Shown here: positions 63,722 through 64,000 of the stretch, in pieces | How positions within the stretch are numbered: position 1 is the first letter of the stretch | Layout of the letters: each line of letters opens with the position of its first letter | Assembly: GCA_965216655.1 (NCBI GenBank) | Contig: CBDCGP010000002.1 | Coordinates: 8,482-72,481, forward strand | Length of the DNA: 64,000 bases | Direction: 5' to 3' | Origin: Acidimicrobiales bacterium | Lineage (GTDB): Bacteria > Actinomycetota > Acidimicrobiia > Acidimicrobiales > SZUA-35 | Notes under the pieces: model-generated | The model's database searches: none | The model's input: the letters and a program-made list of their open reading frames with translations, nothing else | Told to the model about the DNA's origin: nothing | Program-made: the position numbers and the translations under genes

Positions 63722-64000
63722 ATGGCGGTCATCCACCCGAACGTCGATTCGACGGACGCCGTAGTAGTCGACCAGGACCGATTCGAGCCTGAGGGGCCCG
63801 TCGACGGCTTCGAACGCCGGCGGTTGCTGTTCGTGTCATCGGCCGGTGGCCATCTGGCCCAGCTGCTCCAATTGCGTCCGTGGTGGGCCAACCACGATCG
63901 TCGATGGGTGTCGTTCGACCTGCCCGACGCCCGATCGAAGTTGGAGGGTGAGGACGTGGTGTTCGCCCATCACCCGACGACACGGAACCTGATCAACCTG
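63722..64000 (+). CDS. Alg14/PssD-like glycosyltransferase subunit, N-terminal fragment (runs off the window end)
   Basis: ATG at 63722, with the frame open for 93 codons to the window end. LLFVSSAGGHLAQLLQLRPWW...HHPTTRNLINL resembles the PssD/CpsF/Alg14 family. It is absent from the ORF track because no stop falls in the window. Confidence 0.65.
   Translation, partial: MAVIHPNVDSTDAVVVDQDRFEPEGPVDGFERRRLLFVSSAGGHLAQLLQLRPWWANHDRRWVSFDLPDARSKLEGEDVVFAHHPTTRNLINL

Noticed and set aside
63729-63983. 84-aa minus-strand ORF at the window end
   Set aside because: The opposite strand is open from the ATG at 63722 to the window end and encodes an Alg14/PssD-like N-terminus (SSAGGHLAQL...HHPTTRNL), which explains the region better.

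Overview
This is a high-GC, densely coding chromosomal segment that looks actinobacterial; hand counts on typical 60-nt lines give about 62-75% GC. All calls rest on reading the ORF translations and the raw sequence, with no database search.

Most of the window is core metabolism:
- gcvT-gcvP behind a tandem glycine riboswitch.
- prmA, a Ppx/GppA phosphatase, panB-panC, ppa and cysD-cysN-cysC.
- A five-gene peptide-type ABC importer followed by an amidohydrolase, an MFS transporter, a COG0523 GTPase and a GNAT.

DNA base-excision and alkylation repair genes are unusually concentrated:
- adaA/alkA-ogt.
- A uvrD-like helicase, an AlkA-like glycosylase and fpg in a row.
- A family-5 UDG.
- tag.

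Two intact IS elements, IS630-type and IS30-type, both with perfect terminal inverted repeats, bracket a marR-thiolase-SDR-serine hydrolase operon.

The best candidates for undescribed biology are:
1. A lower-GC, tightly coupled two-gene cassette at 46.6-47.9 kb. It encodes a heme-oxygenase-like putative diiron enzyme plus an OlsB/LuxI-like N-acyltransferase, and sits next to a c-di-GMP phosphodiesterase with a degenerate GGDEF motif.
2. A 50-nt interspersed palindromic element present three times, always just 3' of a stop codon and in the sense orientation, plus a second hairpin family with two copies.
3. A 132-nt stub ORF between cysD and cysN. It repeats the first 14 cysN codons with only synonymous differences.
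4. The conserved but functionally unassigned trio of a PI3/4-kinase-like protein, DUF3090 and a histidine phosphatase.
5. A GluR0-type K+ channel carrying an extra OpuAC-like N-terminal binding domain.
6. A single polypeptide that fuses an ECF sigma factor to an anti-sigma domain.

I found no rRNA, tRNA or CRISPR array.
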